Part shown: piece by piece, positions 39,672 to 50,501 of the stretch
Layout: every line of letters starts with the position of its first letter
How positions within the stretch are numbered: position 1 is the stretch's first letter
NCBI GenBank assembly: GCA_963664115.2
Contig: CAXWPJ010000002.1
Coordinates: 672,001-736,000, forward strand
Reading direction: 5' to 3'
DNA: 64,000 nt
Source of the DNA: Terriglobia bacterium
Lineage (GTDB): Bacteria > Acidobacteriota > Terriglobia > 20CM-2-55-15
Translations under genes and position numbers: made by a program
The notes under the pieces: model-generated
Databases searched by the model: none
Told to the model about the DNA's origin: nothing
What the model saw: the letters and a program-made list of their open reading frames with translations, nothing else

Positions 39672-40391
39672 ATGAAATCCGCATTTTTGCTAAGCGCGAC
39701 CGCAGTGCTTGTCGTGTTGAGCATGGCCCCGATCACTTCCATCGCGCAATCGGAGTCCATTCCCGACCTGAGCGGCCTGTGGATGGGCGCGGGCGACGCT
39801 GTCTTGAGCCCGAACTTCGCGCGGCAACTGGGAAGAGAACTGCCGTTCACCGACTACGGCCTTGAGCGTTATGAAAACTTTGATCACGCTCTGGACACAG
39901 GCGGCCTCTGCCTGCCGCTCGGTCCCACGCGGACGATGCAGGTCAACCTTCCGTTGAGGATCGTCCAAACTCCCGATCTGCTCCTGATCGCCTACGAAAT
40001 CCGCCATACGTTTCGTGTGATCTATACCGATGGCCGGGATCATCCGGATATTGTTTTCGGTTATCCGGAATGGATGGGACATTCCGTCGGCCGTTATGAG
40101 GGTGACGCTCTCCTGGTGGAGACCGTAGGTATTAATCCCAGAGCCAACCTGGACAACCAGGGCCATGAGCACAGCGACCAGTTGCGTCTTGAGGAACGGT
40201 TTCGACGAAGCGGGGAGAACACGCTTCGGTGGGATGTGACATTCCACGATCCCGTATTTTTCACCGAACCCTTTACGATATCGAAAACTTTCGAAATTCA
40301 GGAAAACGACCGTCTCATGGACTATACGTGCACCGAGAACCAGAAGGATGCCGAACATCTGGTTCCCGGAGTCGTGATCGGCCCACAGTGA
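39672..40391 (+). CDS. Secreted hypothetical protein, two-Cys DUF6152-partner family
   Basis: Signal peptide; PDLSGLW, CLPLGPTR, RVIYTDGR.HP, WMGHSVGRYEGDALLVET, DYTCTEN. Confidence 0.75.
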   Translation: MKSAFLLSATAVLVVLSMAPITSIAQSESIPDLSGLWMGAGDAVLSPNFARQLGRELPFTDYGLERYENFDHALDTGGLCLPLGPTRTMQVNLPLRIVQTPDLLLIAYEIRHTFRVIYTDGRDHPDIVFGYPEWMGHSVGRYEGDALLVETVGINPRANLDNQGHEHSDQLRLEERFRRSGENTLRWDVTFHDPVFFTEPFTISKTFEIQENDRLMDYTCTENQKDAEHLVPGVVIGPQ

Positions 40392-40416
40392 GCACTGGAC
40401 TGGAGGATTTAAGTTT

Positions 40417-40812
40417 ATGAAACGCAATTTGTTGATTGTTTTTGCTGTTGTTCCGATTCTGGCTCTGACGGGGGCGACCCTGAGTGCCCACCATTCTTTC
40501 GCAGCCCAATACGATGTCAACAACCCCATTACGATTGAGGGCACCATAACGAAAGTCGAGTGGATGAGCCCGCACGTCTATTTCTACGTGGATGTCGAAC
40601 GCGACGGACGCGTGCTCAACTATGGAGTCGAAAACGGTGCACCAACGCGTCTTTACCGGCAGGGATGGCAGCCGGATACCTTGAAGATTGGCGACACAGT
40701 GATCGTCGAGGGATCCCTGGCGCGGGACGGGTCTCCGCTTGTGAATGCGTCGAACGTTTCCAAAGACGGGCGGCGTTTGTTCGCGGGTTCGTCGATTCCT
40801 GATCCGCAGTGA
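40417..40812 (+). CDS. DUF6152 family protein
   Basis: Signal peptide then AHHSFAAQYD; VEWMSPH; LKIGD.V.VEG..ARDG. Confidence 0.82.
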   Translation: MKRNLLIVFAVVPILALTGATLSAHHSFAAQYDVNNPITIEGTITKVEWMSPHVYFYVDVERDGRVLNYGVENGAPTRLYRQGWQPDTLKIGDTVIVEGSLARDGSPLVNASNVSKDGRRLFAGSSIPDPQ

Positions 40813-40885
40813 GGGAGTACCGGAGATAGGCGGTGCGTATTATTGGGGCCCTGAGTTGAAGGTTGTGCTAAATAATTTCGTTCTG

Positions 40886-41086
40886 TCCGATCCGATTATC
40901 TTATCACTCTGAACGCCTCGGCTACCGCCTCGTTGTTCACCCGCAGCGAGGAACGCTGCGGGTTTGTTTGAAGAACTGCATCAATTTTTCTCTTAATCCC
41001 CAATACGCCTCTCCATCAGGATGATGGAGAGGGTCGCCGGTCGTTCGGACAGGATGTCCGAATGAACGACCGAGCGAAATCTTCTA
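40886..41086 (+). repeat. ~200-bp multi-hairpin intergenic repeat, copy 1
   Basis: Contains ACCCGCAGCG-AGGAA-CGCTGCGGGT, CCTCTCCATCA-GGA-TGATGGAGAGG and GGTCGTTC...GAACGACC. Homologous to 43725-43923 and 51624-51856. Confidence 0.9.
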
Positions 41087-41207
41087 GCGCGATTTTCCAA
41101 TCTAGTTAGTTACGCTGGATCTTCAGCGAATTTGAAGACTGAGGAAACGGGATGCCAGAAAGGCATCCCGTTTTAATTTGGAGTGTGCGGTTGTCCGCGA
41201 ACTTACT

Positions 41208-42659
41208 CTAAAACTCCACCGCCGCGGCGTCGGCCATGACGACGTCTTTATATACCGGCAGAGCCCAGCCTTCCCGCACTCGCTGGTCGTAATTTTGCTC
41301 GACTTTAGCTCGGTAGTTCTGGGGGTTGCCATAAAGTTCTCTCAATTGGTCCTTGGAGAACGCGATCTCATAGCCGGCCAGTCCGCAGAGCTGGTTCTGT
41401 GCCTGCGGTCCGCGATTCCCGACGAAGGGGTGTGGATTCGTAATGGGCGGTTCGGCGCCCTGGTTACGCACAGAGATCTTCTTGATCGGAACGTCGACGT
41501 AGGGGTTGCGGATGCCCCCGATCGCGTTTCCATTCGAGTCCAGCGCCATGTGCGAGCCGTCGTTGGCTGTGTTGCGGTCCATCCAGATGCGATCCGCACG
41601 CGGCGGCGTGATGCCCGCGTCCACCCATTGAAACAGGTGGTTCAACGCGACGGACATATAGGCGGCCATCGGGAAGCGGCTGATCGGGAACTTACAGGGA
41701 TCCGGGTAATAGGCTATGGCATCCCTGGAGTCGATGTGCGCCATTCCAGCAAACTCATAGGACCTGTACTGATCACCGGGTGTGTCACCGTCCTGCCGCC
41801 GGGTGGCGTTGCCGCCATTGACTTCTGTCATGGTCGGAACCTGGATCATCGGTACATCGATAGCCTGTATCGTTGCACCCGTGCTCGTGGGCAGAAAACC
41901 ATCAAAGATGGGTTCCAGATCGGCAAGCCGCATCGACATGTGGGTCGGCAGGTAGCGGATCAACACACCGGCGGATGCCGAAGTCCCGGCAAGGACCATT
42001 TTTCTTAAGGGAAGTCCGGCCAGAGGATTGTCGGCCTGCTTCGATTTGATCAGGGCTCCGACCTGGGCAATGATCTCGCTGGATTGGCCGTTGGCGATCT
42101 GGAGATCTCCGTAGCGGCCCGGGTTGCGCTCCTCAAAAGCCGTCGGGTTGCTGGTCAGTATGTCGACCGCGATGTGTCCGGAACCGAGCGAGTACAGGTG
42201 CGTGAAATGAAGCATCCAGGCGTTCCCGCTGGGATGCATCGATTCAGCGAGCACCAGGCCGCTGAAGTCCCCGTCGTTGAGCGGTTTGCGAATGACGATA
42301 CGTGTCTTATACGGCGTACCGTTCGCGGTGCCTGAAACGAAGAATTCCTTCGATTCATAATTGAAATGTGCCAGGTTGTCCGTGGCGGGGAGTTCCATCA
42401 GTGACTCGAACATCGCGCCAGGCCCGGTGACTTCTCCTGAAACTACCGCCAGAGGAGAAACGACCTGCCGCACGGGTTCCGCCGCCTGTATCTCACCCCG
42501 ACCGCCTCGGCGCTGCCCGCCAGCGTTTCCGTCTCGCGTCGGAATAGCCGATTGTCCAAAAACAGTCATCGTGCCTATCGCCAGGACTATTGCAACCCGC
42601 GTAATGCGACGCAGTCCCCGATTTAGATTTTTCATGATCTTTTCTTCAAACCCCTTCAT
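41208..42659 (-). CDS. Secreted alpha/beta-hydrolase domain protein
   Basis: Signal peptide; YKTRIVIRKP...FSG.V..E; nucleophile-elbow-like GTSASA; YEFAGMAH; GNAIGGIR.P.VDVP. Confidence 0.7.
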   Translation of the reverse strand: MKGFEEKIMKNLNRGLRRITRVAIVLAIGTMTVFGQSAIPTRDGNAGGQRRGGRGEIQAAEPVRQVVSPLAVVSGEVTGPGAMFESLMELPATDNLAHFNYESKEFFVSGTANGTPYKTRIVIRKPLNDGDFSGLVLAESMHPSGNAWMLHFTHLYSLGSGHIAVDILTSNPTAFEERNPGRYGDLQIANGQSSEIIAQVGALIKSKQADNPLAGLPLRKMVLAGTSASAGVLIRYLPTHMSMRLADLEPIFDGFLPTSTGATIQAIDVPMIQVPTMTEVNGGNATRRQDGDTPGDQYRSYEFAGMAHIDSRDAIAYYPDPCKFPISRFPMAAYMSVALNHLFQWVDAGITPPRADRIWMDRNTANDGSHMALDSNGNAIGGIRNPYVDVPIKKISVRNQGAEPPITNPHPFVGNRGPQAQNQLCGLAGYEIAFSKDQLRELYGNPQNYRAKVEQNYDQRVREGWALPVYKDVVMADAAAVEF

Positions 42660-42912
42660 TTAAATGATGACGAACCCGTCCATCTTTAGTTCCAGACTGC
42701 TTTGGAGTCAAGCATCTTTGATCCAGGCTGTCTGGGAGGTTGACAGAAGACTGCCTCGGACCTGCATATGCAGCCTTACCCTTGTAAACGCACGTCCTGA
42801 GAGACTATGATTCGCCTATCAGCAAATGCTCAGCGGATTTCGCTTTATTGAACCGGTGCGTCAATCGGACGACATCCGGGAAAAACAAACACAAGATAAA
42901 AAGGAAAGCATT

Positions 42913-43587
42913 ATGGAAAGGTCAACAGGCATAGTCATTGCACTCGTAGTTGCAACCCTGCTCGCTGCTCCTCATATGGTCAGTGCGCAGGAGCCGATGA
43001 GTTTCTTCGTCACCAGCGCCGGTCCAGGTGATGGCGCCAACTTAGGCGGACTGGCCGGGGCCGACGCCCACTGCCAGAGTCTTGCCGCTGGCGCGGGTGC
43101 CGGCAACCGGACCTGGCGCGCCTATTTGAGCCAGACGGGAGCAGGCGGCCGAGGTGGTGTAACGCTGGCCGTCAACGCGCGTGATCGTATCGGTTCCGGC
43201 CCCTGGTACAATGCCAATGGTCAACTGATCGCCGTTAACGTCGCCGATCTCCATGGAGACATTCAGCGGGACCGCAACAACGTCAGAAAGCCGACTGCAG
43301 TCGATCAAAACGGGGATCCGGTCAACGGTGTCGGGGATCAACCCAACCAGCATGACATGCTGACCGGGTCAGACTCACGCGGCATGGCGATGATCGGCCG
43401 GCCGCAACAGACGACGTGTAACAACTGGGCCAGTAACGGTGAAGGCAACGCCATAGTCGGTCATCATGACCGTCTGGGTGGCCCGAACGCGTCATGGAAT
43501 GCCGCGCACAGTAGCAACGGTTGCAGCCAGGAGAACCTCGTAGGCACGGGCGGCAACGGCTTGTTCTACTGCTTCGCCACTGATTGA
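42913..43587 (+). CDS. Secreted lectin/endostatin-like domain protein
   Basis: MSFFVTS.G.G.GANLGGLAGADAHCQ.LA; WRAYLS; HDMLTGS; TC.NW; GLFYCFA. Confidence 0.75.
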   Translation: MERSTGIVIALVVATLLAAPHMVSAQEPMSFFVTSAGPGDGANLGGLAGADAHCQSLAAGAGAGNRTWRAYLSQTGAGGRGGVTLAVNARDRIGSGPWYNANGQLIAVNVADLHGDIQRDRNNVRKPTAVDQNGDPVNGVGDQPNQHDMLTGSDSRGMAMIGRPQQTTCNNWASNGEGNAIVGHHDRLGGPNASWNAAHSSNGCSQENLVGTGGNGLFYCFATD

Positions 43588-43615
43588 GCTAGGGTACTTT
43601 CAAGTATTTGACCGC

Positions 43616-43647
43616 GTAACCGTCGCGATTTGATTCGCGGCGGTTAC
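43616..43647 (+). terminator. Hairpin downstream of the lectin-like gene
   Basis: GTAACCGTCGCGA-TTTGAT-TCGCGGCGGTTAC, 13-bp stem with one G-U pair. Confidence 0.5.
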
Positions 43648-43724
43648 TGATCTATTGACTGCTAAGCCCCTCCATTATTGGCTCGATAATTACGGCACTA
43701 ACGTCCTGAATCAAAAGCCGGGGA

Positions 43725-43923
43725 TAGAAGGTTTCGCTGGGTCGTTCAATCGGCCATCCTGGCCGAACGACCGGCGACCCTCACCATCATCCTGATGGCG
43801 AGGCTTATTAGGCATAGCGGAATGTTGATGCAGTTCCCCAACAAAACCCGCAGCGTTCCTCGCTGCGGGTGAACAACGAGGCGGAAGCCGAGGCGTTTAG
43901 AGTAATAAAATTATCGGATCGGA
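43725..43923 (-). repeat. ~200-bp multi-hairpin intergenic repeat, copy 2 (inverted)
   Basis: The reverse complement aligns end to end with 40886-41086. Confidence 0.9.
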
Positions 43924-43964
43924 TCAGTTCGAAACTGATAGGGATTCAACTTCAGGCCAGAAGG

Positions 43965-44684
43965 CTACACCATGTGTTCGTTCAAAAACGCAATCGTCCG
44001 TTCCCATCCGTCCTGAGCAGCCTCAGCGTTATAGGATGCCCGCTCTTCACACATGAAACCGTGTCCCGCGTCCGGATAGATCTGGATTTCGGCACTCTTT
44101 CCAAGTTTCGCCAGACGATCTTCTGTGGCCTGGATGTGTTCGGCTGGAATGCTCTGGTCCTGTCCACCGTAGGCGAGGAACATCGGTGCCTGTATGGACT
44201 CGGCTTCATCCAGCGGGATTGCCGTGAGCCCCTGGAAGCGACTCCTGGTAGCGATGCCGCCACCGTAAAACGATACGCACGCTTTCAATTCCGGAGTGCG
44301 GCAGGCCGCAAGGAATGCCACGCGGCCACCCATGCAGTAGCCCACGATTCCGAGGCGGGCTTCATCGATATCCGGCTGCGACTTCAGATACTCGAACACG
44401 GAGTCGATGTCGGACATGACCGAGGCGTCGGTAATCGTGTCGGCCACTTCGAGGGCGCTGTCTCTGTTGGAGTAGGGAAGGACACGCGCGCCTTCGTATC
44501 GATGGTAAAAGTCGGGGGCCGCCGCTAAGTATCCGTTTTCCGCGAACCGGCGACAAAGGTCTTCCATATGGCGGTTGAGACCGAAGATTTCGAAGCACAG
44601 GACAACGGCACCTTTCGGGGTGCCTTCGGGCCGTGCGAGATAGGCTGCCGTTCCCTTGGCGTCGACCCTGCCTTGATCAATCAT
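43965..44684 (-). CDS. Dienelactone hydrolase family protein
   Basis: EIFGLN; GYCMGG (Cys nucleophile); FYGG; YPDAGHGF.C..R.SY. Confidence 0.92.
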   Translation of the reverse strand: MIDQGRVDAKGTAAYLARPEGTPKGAVVLCFEIFGLNRHMEDLCRRFAENGYLAAAPDFYHRYEGARVLPYSNRDSALEVADTITDASVMSDIDSVFEYLKSQPDIDEARLGIVGYCMGGRVAFLAACRTPELKACVSFYGGGIATRSRFQGLTAIPLDEAESIQAPMFLAYGGQDQSIPAEHIQATEDRLAKLGKSAEIQIYPDAGHGFMCEERASYNAEAAQDGWERTIAFLNEHMV

Positions 44685-44709
44685 TTAAATTCCTCCGGTT
44701 TTCCTGTCA

Positions 44710-46941
44710 TCAGAAGCGATGCGTGTAAACCAACTTGGCAGCCGCGCTGCGGTCCTGGATGATGAGTTCCTCTCCGGTGTCGTGCCAGTTGTTTAACCAT
44801 ACGACGTAAATGTCGTTTCCGGGATCCAGAATCCAGCGAAAGCGGAACTGCCAGCCCAGAATCCGGCTCAAGCTATCGTACTGTACATTGTTCGAGAGGG
44901 AGACGAAGGGGTTGAACTGCGTATCCACCACGGCTCTCAGGACCTTCGTTGAAAAATTGCCTTCGTCGAGTTCTATACGATTGAACGATGAACTGAGCGA
45001 GGCGACAACTCCCCGGCGCGGTCGCACATTCAAGCCTAAAGCGATTTCCCGGCGGGTTCCTGAGTAGAATGACCCCAGTGTCGCGCTGGCGTTACCAGCC
45101 ACCGCCCGCCGGCTGGCTGTGTTAAATCCGAAACGGTAGCGTGTGTACTCGTAGACGTTTCCTCTGGGAAGCGTGACCTCAGGTGTGATACGAAAGTCAC
45201 GTAGCAGGCGTTCATAAGTTGTCGACGTGATGGAGAGGTTTAATCGGTCGCCCGAGTGGAAGTCCAGGTTGAAGCTGACAGGGTAGTTCCGTTCCGCCCA
45301 ACGGCCGTCCCCGTCGGTGATCAGCGCTGCGTATCCCTGCACCCTAAAGTTGCGTATCCACGGGTGGTTTTCCGGACGCAGGACATAACCAGTCACCGGT
45401 TGTATGTGACGGTAATTGGTCCTTTGGACAAAACCTACGGCAGGATCAAAATTCTCTTCAGCTGCGTTCATCCAGATCCGAGCACTCCAGGGTTCGTTTG
45501 GAAAGACCAGGCGGAGTCCATAAGCGGCATTCTTGTCCTTGTCGTCTCCATTGTGTGTTTTGGCGTAATAGGCATTGAACTGCAGGTTCTTGTCTCCCAG
45601 GAACTGTGCCGTAGCCATTTGAAAATCCGCCCCGATCGTGTGGCGGTCCGGCGCGTTTGAATCGCGGGTCGCACGCCGCGTATAGATCAGGCCTGCATAG
45701 GATTGCGTGAAGAACTGGCGTTTGGGTCGAATAACGGTGAAATCTTCGCCGGCAACCGCAGGTTCCTCCGCGGTCCGGACCTCGAGCACTCCCAGATTGA
45801 AACCGGCGGCCTGCCCGACTAACTTCACCCCGTAATCGATCTTCTGGGGCCGCCCGTTATTCAAGCCGATACGGCGTGAAAAGAACGCGCTGATAGTTCT
45901 GCTCCCCTCGCGGGTAAAGTCGAAATCACCCGCGCCCTCGAGAAAGAAGTCTCTCTTCTCGGGGAAGAATAGAGGGAATCGCGTCAGATTGACCTGGCGG
46001 TCGTCGACTTCGGTCTGAGCAAAGTCCGTGTTGATTGTAAGGTTTGCCTGGAGTTGGGGCGTCAGTTTGTAGAAGACGTCCAGACCGACCTCTGCGTTGT
46101 AATCGGCAGGCGTAGCGTTATTTATGACATTGCTGTAGGTGCCGATGACGTAGGGCTGTATGTCGAGGCCGCGACCCTGGCTGGCTCCGGTGATTCCTTC
46201 GATACGTCCGGCCGCAGTGAGAACCATGAGGCCTTCGTTCCGTCCCCATCCGGACCAGAGGTCTTCTTCGTTTTTGCGCCGCACTGTTCTCTGAAAATTC
46301 GCGCCCCAGGCTTCGGCGTCCGGGTCGAAGTTGATTGTGCTGAAAGGAATGTCGACCTCGACGGTCCAACCCCTGTCGTGCCGGCTCACGCGCGCTGTCC
46401 AAATACCATCCCATGCCCGGTTCTGAGTGGTGCCGAACCGGCCACTGGTTCCAGGCACTAATTGGGCGTCGCCTATGGCTCCCGCCGGGTTGACTTCGAA
46501 GAAGTATCCGCTGCGTTGGTCGTAATGCGGATCGATGGTCCACATGAAACGGTCGTCCGCCTCCAGGCTTCCATCGCGAACCATCTGGTTGGCTAGCAGG
46601 CCACCGGGATCCGAGTCTGAGAGTTCCGCGCCGATGTAGAGATTGGTCTCGCTGTAGACGATGCGAATCTCCGTCTCTTCGGTGGACGGTTCTCCGCTCT
46701 GTGGATCCGACTGCCTGAAGTCCGATGCCGGCACGGCCCTTTCCCAGACAGCCTCGTCGAGACGGCCATTAAGAGTGATCTCATCTTCGGGACTCAGACG
46801 AATCGCCCGGACGCTCGGCCGGTTGCTGTTCCCTTCCGGAAGCTGCAGGGCCGAGACCTCAGGGCCGGAGACCACAGTCGTCAGTGATAGAACAGTAGCG
46901 CAGAGCCAATAGCGCAACCGCAGGGACTTTACTCTGTGCAT
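44710..46941 (-). CDS. DUF5916 / CBM9-like domain outer-membrane protein
   Basis: GRLDE..W; GYFFEVNP.G; LTINTDFAQTEVD..QVNLTRFPLFFPEKRDFFLEG; C-terminal Phe. Confidence 0.8.
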   Translation of the reverse strand: MHRVKSLRLRYWLCATVLSLTTVVSGPEVSALQLPEGNSNRPSVRAIRLSPEDEITLNGRLDEAVWERAVPASDFRQSDPQSGEPSTEETEIRIVYSETNLYIGAELSDSDPGGLLANQMVRDGSLEADDRFMWTIDPHYDQRSGYFFEVNPAGAIGDAQLVPGTSGRFGTTQNRAWDGIWTARVSRHDRGWTVEVDIPFSTINFDPDAEAWGANFQRTVRRKNEEDLWSGWGRNEGLMVLTAAGRIEGITGASQGRGLDIQPYVIGTYSNVINNATPADYNAEVGLDVFYKLTPQLQANLTINTDFAQTEVDDRQVNLTRFPLFFPEKRDFFLEGAGDFDFTREGSRTISAFFSRRIGLNNGRPQKIDYGVKLVGQAAGFNLGVLEVRTAEEPAVAGEDFTVIRPKRQFFTQSYAGLIYTRRATRDSNAPDRHTIGADFQMATAQFLGDKNLQFNAYYAKTHNGDDKDKNAAYGLRLVFPNEPWSARIWMNAAEENFDPAVGFVQRTNYRHIQPVTGYVLRPENHPWIRNFRVQGYAALITDGDGRWAERNYPVSFNLDFHSGDRLNLSITSTTYERLLRDFRITPEVTLPRGNVYEYTRYRFGFNTASRRAVAGNASATLGSFYSGTRREIALGLNVRPRRGVVASLSSSFNRIELDEGNFSTKVLRAVVDTQFNPFVSLSNNVQYDSLSRILGWQFRFRWILDPGNDIYVVWLNNWHDTGEELIIQDRSAAAKLVYTHRF

Positions 46942-47720
46942 TCCGCGGAGACCATCCCCATCGTGGTGAGCGAAAGGCTTTGGCCCTCTGACGTTCGGAT
47001 CATCAAGCCCTTGGCCTGGACCTTGTGTGCTTCATGATCGGCGGGATCGAAGCCGCGGACGAAAGCCATATCGCGCAAGCCGAACGTTTCGCTACCCAAC
47101 GGAATGGACTCTGCGGAAATCAATTCCTCGGTCGTGGCATCGAACGGGAGTGTCTGTGACCGGACGGGACGGCTCGTACGGGTCAGGATCCAATCGCTTC
47201 CGGGCGTCCGTGTCAGACAGCCCACGACCATGGCCAAAGCGCCGATCGGTAAGGGTTGAGGCCCCTCCGGTCCCACGAAGAGGACTGCGCTGAGTTGTTC
47301 CTCCGTGAGTTCCTCGCGACCGGCCTGTCCGCCGTTTCCACTGACGATATAGGCCAGGATGTCCAGGTATGTGTCGTCAGGCAGTATGAGAGGGTTTTCG
47401 TTTCGACGGGGTGGCATGGAATTGGAAATAAAACCGTAGAGCAGTTGGAGGTTGTATTCCCGCCACTTTTCGACAAAGTCCGGCCCCCGGAGCGCAGAGT
47501 TTCGACCCCCGGTCAAATTCAGACCATGACACCCGGAACATCGGACTTCAAAGGCGTCTTGTCCGCGGGCGATCTGTTCCGGGTTGGAGACGCCGTCGAG
47601 GATCGTCCGGATGTTTGCGTCCGGGGACTGCAACCGTCCGGCAACTGCCTCGGAAGTGAAGATGCTGCTTGCCGGTCCAACAATCAGGACAATCGTCGCG
47701 AGAAAGAAACGAATATGCAT
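46929..47720 (-). CDS. Monoheme c-type cytochrome domain protein
   Basis: Signal peptide; RG...F...CSGCHG..L.G; distal MP; C-terminal VVGCL domain. Confidence 0.8.
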   Translation of the reverse strand: MHIRFFLATIVLIVGPASSIFTSEAVAGRLQSPDANIRTILDGVSNPEQIARGQDAFEVRCSGCHGLNLTGGRNSALRGPDFVEKWREYNLQLLYGFISNSMPPRRNENPLILPDDTYLDILAYIVSGNGGQAGREELTEEQLSAVLFVGPEGPQPLPIGALAMVVGCLTRTPGSDWILTRTSRPVRSQTLPFDATTEELISAESIPLGSETFGLRDMAFVRGFDPADHEAHKVQAKGLMIRTSEGQSLSLTTMGMVSAECTE

Positions 47721-47894
47721 GCCAATCCTTTCAGTATAGATGGGGAGAGACAACCCGATTCCCCAGCTTTCGAATTCGATCTAAAGATATTTGCAAGTTC
47801 TGCGGTGGGTAATCAGCGTAAAACGGGACGGACACTTCATTCGAAATTCATCCCTCAGGCCAACATTTAGCAAGAAGTGTCCGTCCCTATGCGA

Positions 47895-49556
47895 TCAGTC
47901 GTCGCTCAGCTGGTTTCCTCTCAAGGCGGCCAAGGCCATCCGCGCTTCCCGGTTCGGATCGTTGACGACCCTCACTTCGTCGCCAAACATCATCGTCGGG
48001 AAGTCGGTCGGGTTGAACGCCGGCCAGGCCGGCATATCTCGGTGGTTCGGATCGCCGTTTCTAGCGAACGCAGCCCACGCCGCACTCATCACGTGAGAGA
48101 GCTGATAGCGCGATTGTGCGGAACCCGTCATCGACGCTGCGATATCCATGTTGTAGAAGACGAACGGAATATCCAGTGTGTGGTAGGCGCCCATACGGTT
48201 GTCGTGTACCGGCGAATGCCAGTCGAGGAAATACAGGTAGCTGGGTGCATCGCCCTGATCGTACTTGAGCTGACCCAGGGTCTGAGCCCTCCAGCGCCGC
48301 GAGTTGTCCGACTCTGCGGTCAGCCAGAGCATCTGGTTTCGCTTCTCCGGGTGGAGTCTTTTGTAGAGATCCAGCAACTCCTGCCCCTTTGCCGCATCGT
48401 CGTTTGCCAGTCGCGTCGTGAAACGATCGAGCATGTCGCCCTCGGACAGCTCGTAGGGCGGCGGGCCGCTCCAGCCGTTCTCCGTTTCGGTGGAGCCCAT
48501 CATCAGGGGAACACTGGACGAATAGGAGGGCGCAGTCGGATCCCACTGGTGGCGCGGAATGATGGTGCCGTCGATGACGGGACCCGAGCCCAGTCCCCGA
48601 ATCCGTGGCTCGCTATAGAAAGCGTCCTGGATCTGCCGGAAGTTCAAGCGCTGGAGTTCGTCCAACTGGTTGCTTGGGAGTCCGAGCTTTCCCAGAAATC
48701 GCTCGGCGGCTTCACTGGCATCGGATGCGAGCGTGCCTCTGAAGGCCGAACCGCTCTGGGCAATCGAGCGATGGAACAGACCCTCGGCCGAAGGCATGGC
48801 CATCATTGTGGTGGTCTTCCCGCCGCCTCCGGACTGACCGAAGATGGTCACGTTGTCGGGGTCTCCCCCAAAATTTTCAATGTTGTCCCGGATCCACTCC
48901 AATGTCGCGACGAGGTCCTGGACTCCCATGTTGGTCGACTGCGCCCACTTGTCGCCGCCGAGATCCGTCAGGTGCAGGAAACCGAAGATGTTCAGGCGGT
49001 GATTGACCACCACCACCACCACGTTTTCCTTTTTGGCCAGGTTGGTGCCGTCATAGAGAAGATAGTTTCCGGATCCTCCCGAGAATCCGCCGCCGTGCAT
49101 CCAAACCATCACCGGCCGAGCTCTGTTGTCCACCGCCGGTGTGAATATGTTCACGCTGAGGCAGTCTTCGCCCTCTTCGTCTCTGCGGTCCAGTGCCAGT
49201 ACGACTGGAGCCGGTGGGCCGGCGCCGGGTTGCAGTGGTGCGCGGTGGCCAATCTGAAAGTGGTCTCGAACTCCGGACCAGGGTGCGGGTTTCTGCGGGG
49301 GCATGAAACGGTTCGCGCCGTCGGTGGGTGCGCCATAGGGCAGGCCCCAGAACTGATGCACTCTGTCCTTAAGCAGGCCCCTGACGCGTCCCGACTGCGT
49401 CGACACGGTACCGCCCATCAGGGTCAGTCGCATATCCTGTGCGGACGCCCCGGCCCGGGCGCCGCCAACGAACAGGCCGGCAGTGGCCATCGCTCCTGTT
49501 CCAAGAAAAGTCCGGCGGTTCATCCCCGACCGCCCCTTCTTACGACTCGAACTCAT
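47895..49556 (-). CDS. Type-B carboxylesterase with Tat signal
   Basis: NRRTFL; EDCL.VN; WMHGGGF; FGGDPDNVTIFGQSGGG; AYH.LDIPFVF. Confidence 0.92.
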   Translation of the reverse strand: MSSSRKKGRSGMNRRTFLGTGAMATAGLFVGGARAGASAQDMRLTLMGGTVSTQSGRVRGLLKDRVHQFWGLPYGAPTDGANRFMPPQKPAPWSGVRDHFQIGHRAPLQPGAGPPAPVVLALDRRDEEGEDCLSVNIFTPAVDNRARPVMVWMHGGGFSGGSGNYLLYDGTNLAKKENVVVVVVNHRLNIFGFLHLTDLGGDKWAQSTNMGVQDLVATLEWIRDNIENFGGDPDNVTIFGQSGGGGKTTTMMAMPSAEGLFHRSIAQSGSAFRGTLASDASEAAERFLGKLGLPSNQLDELQRLNFRQIQDAFYSEPRIRGLGSGPVIDGTIIPRHQWDPTAPSYSSSVPLMMGSTETENGWSGPPPYELSEGDMLDRFTTRLANDDAAKGQELLDLYKRLHPEKRNQMLWLTAESDNSRRWRAQTLGQLKYDQGDAPSYLYFLDWHSPVHDNRMGAYHTLDIPFVFYNMDIAASMTGSAQSRYQLSHVMSAAWAAFARNGDPNHRDMPAWPAFNPTDFPTMMFGDEVRVVNDPNREARMALAALRGNQLSDD

Positions 49557-50061
49557 ATCCTTCCCTCCTGCACACCTACTGAAATAATTGCGGTGATGAT
49601 CAGCGTGTCGTTTGACCTGAAAACTATACAACAGGCAAATAGGGACGCCACATATTTTGTGGGCCGATGGCTGTCTTTGTCCCCAGTGATGGAGGGCCCC
49701 ATCGACACGGCTCGCGCTGCGATCAGGAGGGTCTTGCGCGTTTGAAAATCATGACACCGGGCTGACCCACACGCGCCCTTGGAATGTCTCGGTCACTTTC
49801 TCCGAGTCCAAGCTGAGGCGGGGGTCTGGGGCCGAAGATTTCAGTCGGAGCCACTGATTCCAACCCATGTTTCCACCGGTCTCGCTCCGGACGCGACCCG
49901 GTTGCCCGATTTAGAAATCTCTCGATTTTCGATGTTCGATGTAAATCTGTATGTGTTTCAATGCAGAATTCGTATCCATCGGCCCCAGGCGCGGCCCCAG
50001 GCCCGATCGGCTGATAGCTGTGACTGACAATCTGTTGGAGAAATTATCGGAGGAGTAGACG

Positions 50062-50469
50062 ATGCTTGGAACGAATCAATACATTACCTTGAAAGGCGCA
50101 CAGGCCATGATGGCGGCAGCGGATGCGGTGGCGCGAGACAATGATTGGACGGTGGCTATTGCGATCGTAGATGCGTCGGCCAACCTGATCATGTTTCAGA
50201 GAATGGACGGCGTCCAGACGGGCAGTCTGGCCGTGTCCATCGGAAAGGCGCAGACAGCGGCGAAGTTCAATCGTACCTCGAAGGAGCTGGAGGACATGGT
50301 CACCGGCCCGCGTCCAGGTTTCTTGGCTGTGGAAGGTATTGTTCCCGTCCAGGGGGGTGTGCCTGTCGTGGTCGCCGGTAAGGTCATTGGAGCGGTTGGT
50401 GTGAGCGGCGTACAGTCCGCCCAGGATGAGCAGGTAGCGATCGCGGCGATTCACGGATTACAAATCTGA
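50062..50469 (+). CDS. GlcG/HbpS family heme-binding protein
   Basis: IAIVD...NL..F.RMDG; KA.TA; GGVPV...G.VIGAVGVSG....QD. Confidence 0.9.
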   Translation: MLGTNQYITLKGAQAMMAAADAVARDNDWTVAIAIVDASANLIMFQRMDGVQTGSLAVSIGKAQTAAKFNRTSKELEDMVTGPRPGFLAVEGIVPVQGGVPVVVAGKVIGAVGVSGVQSAQDEQVAIAAIHGLQI

Positions 50470-50501
50470 AACTGTATCGGTCTATAATGGTTGTTTGACC
50501 T

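Noticed and set aside
47877-49745. 622-aa plus-strand ORF, and other long antisense ORFs (e.g. 13673-15163, 15410-16930, 10828-12252, 41178-42008)
   Set aside because: They fully overlap well-supported genes on the opposite strand, have no recognisable motifs, and are expected shadows of GC-rich codon usage.
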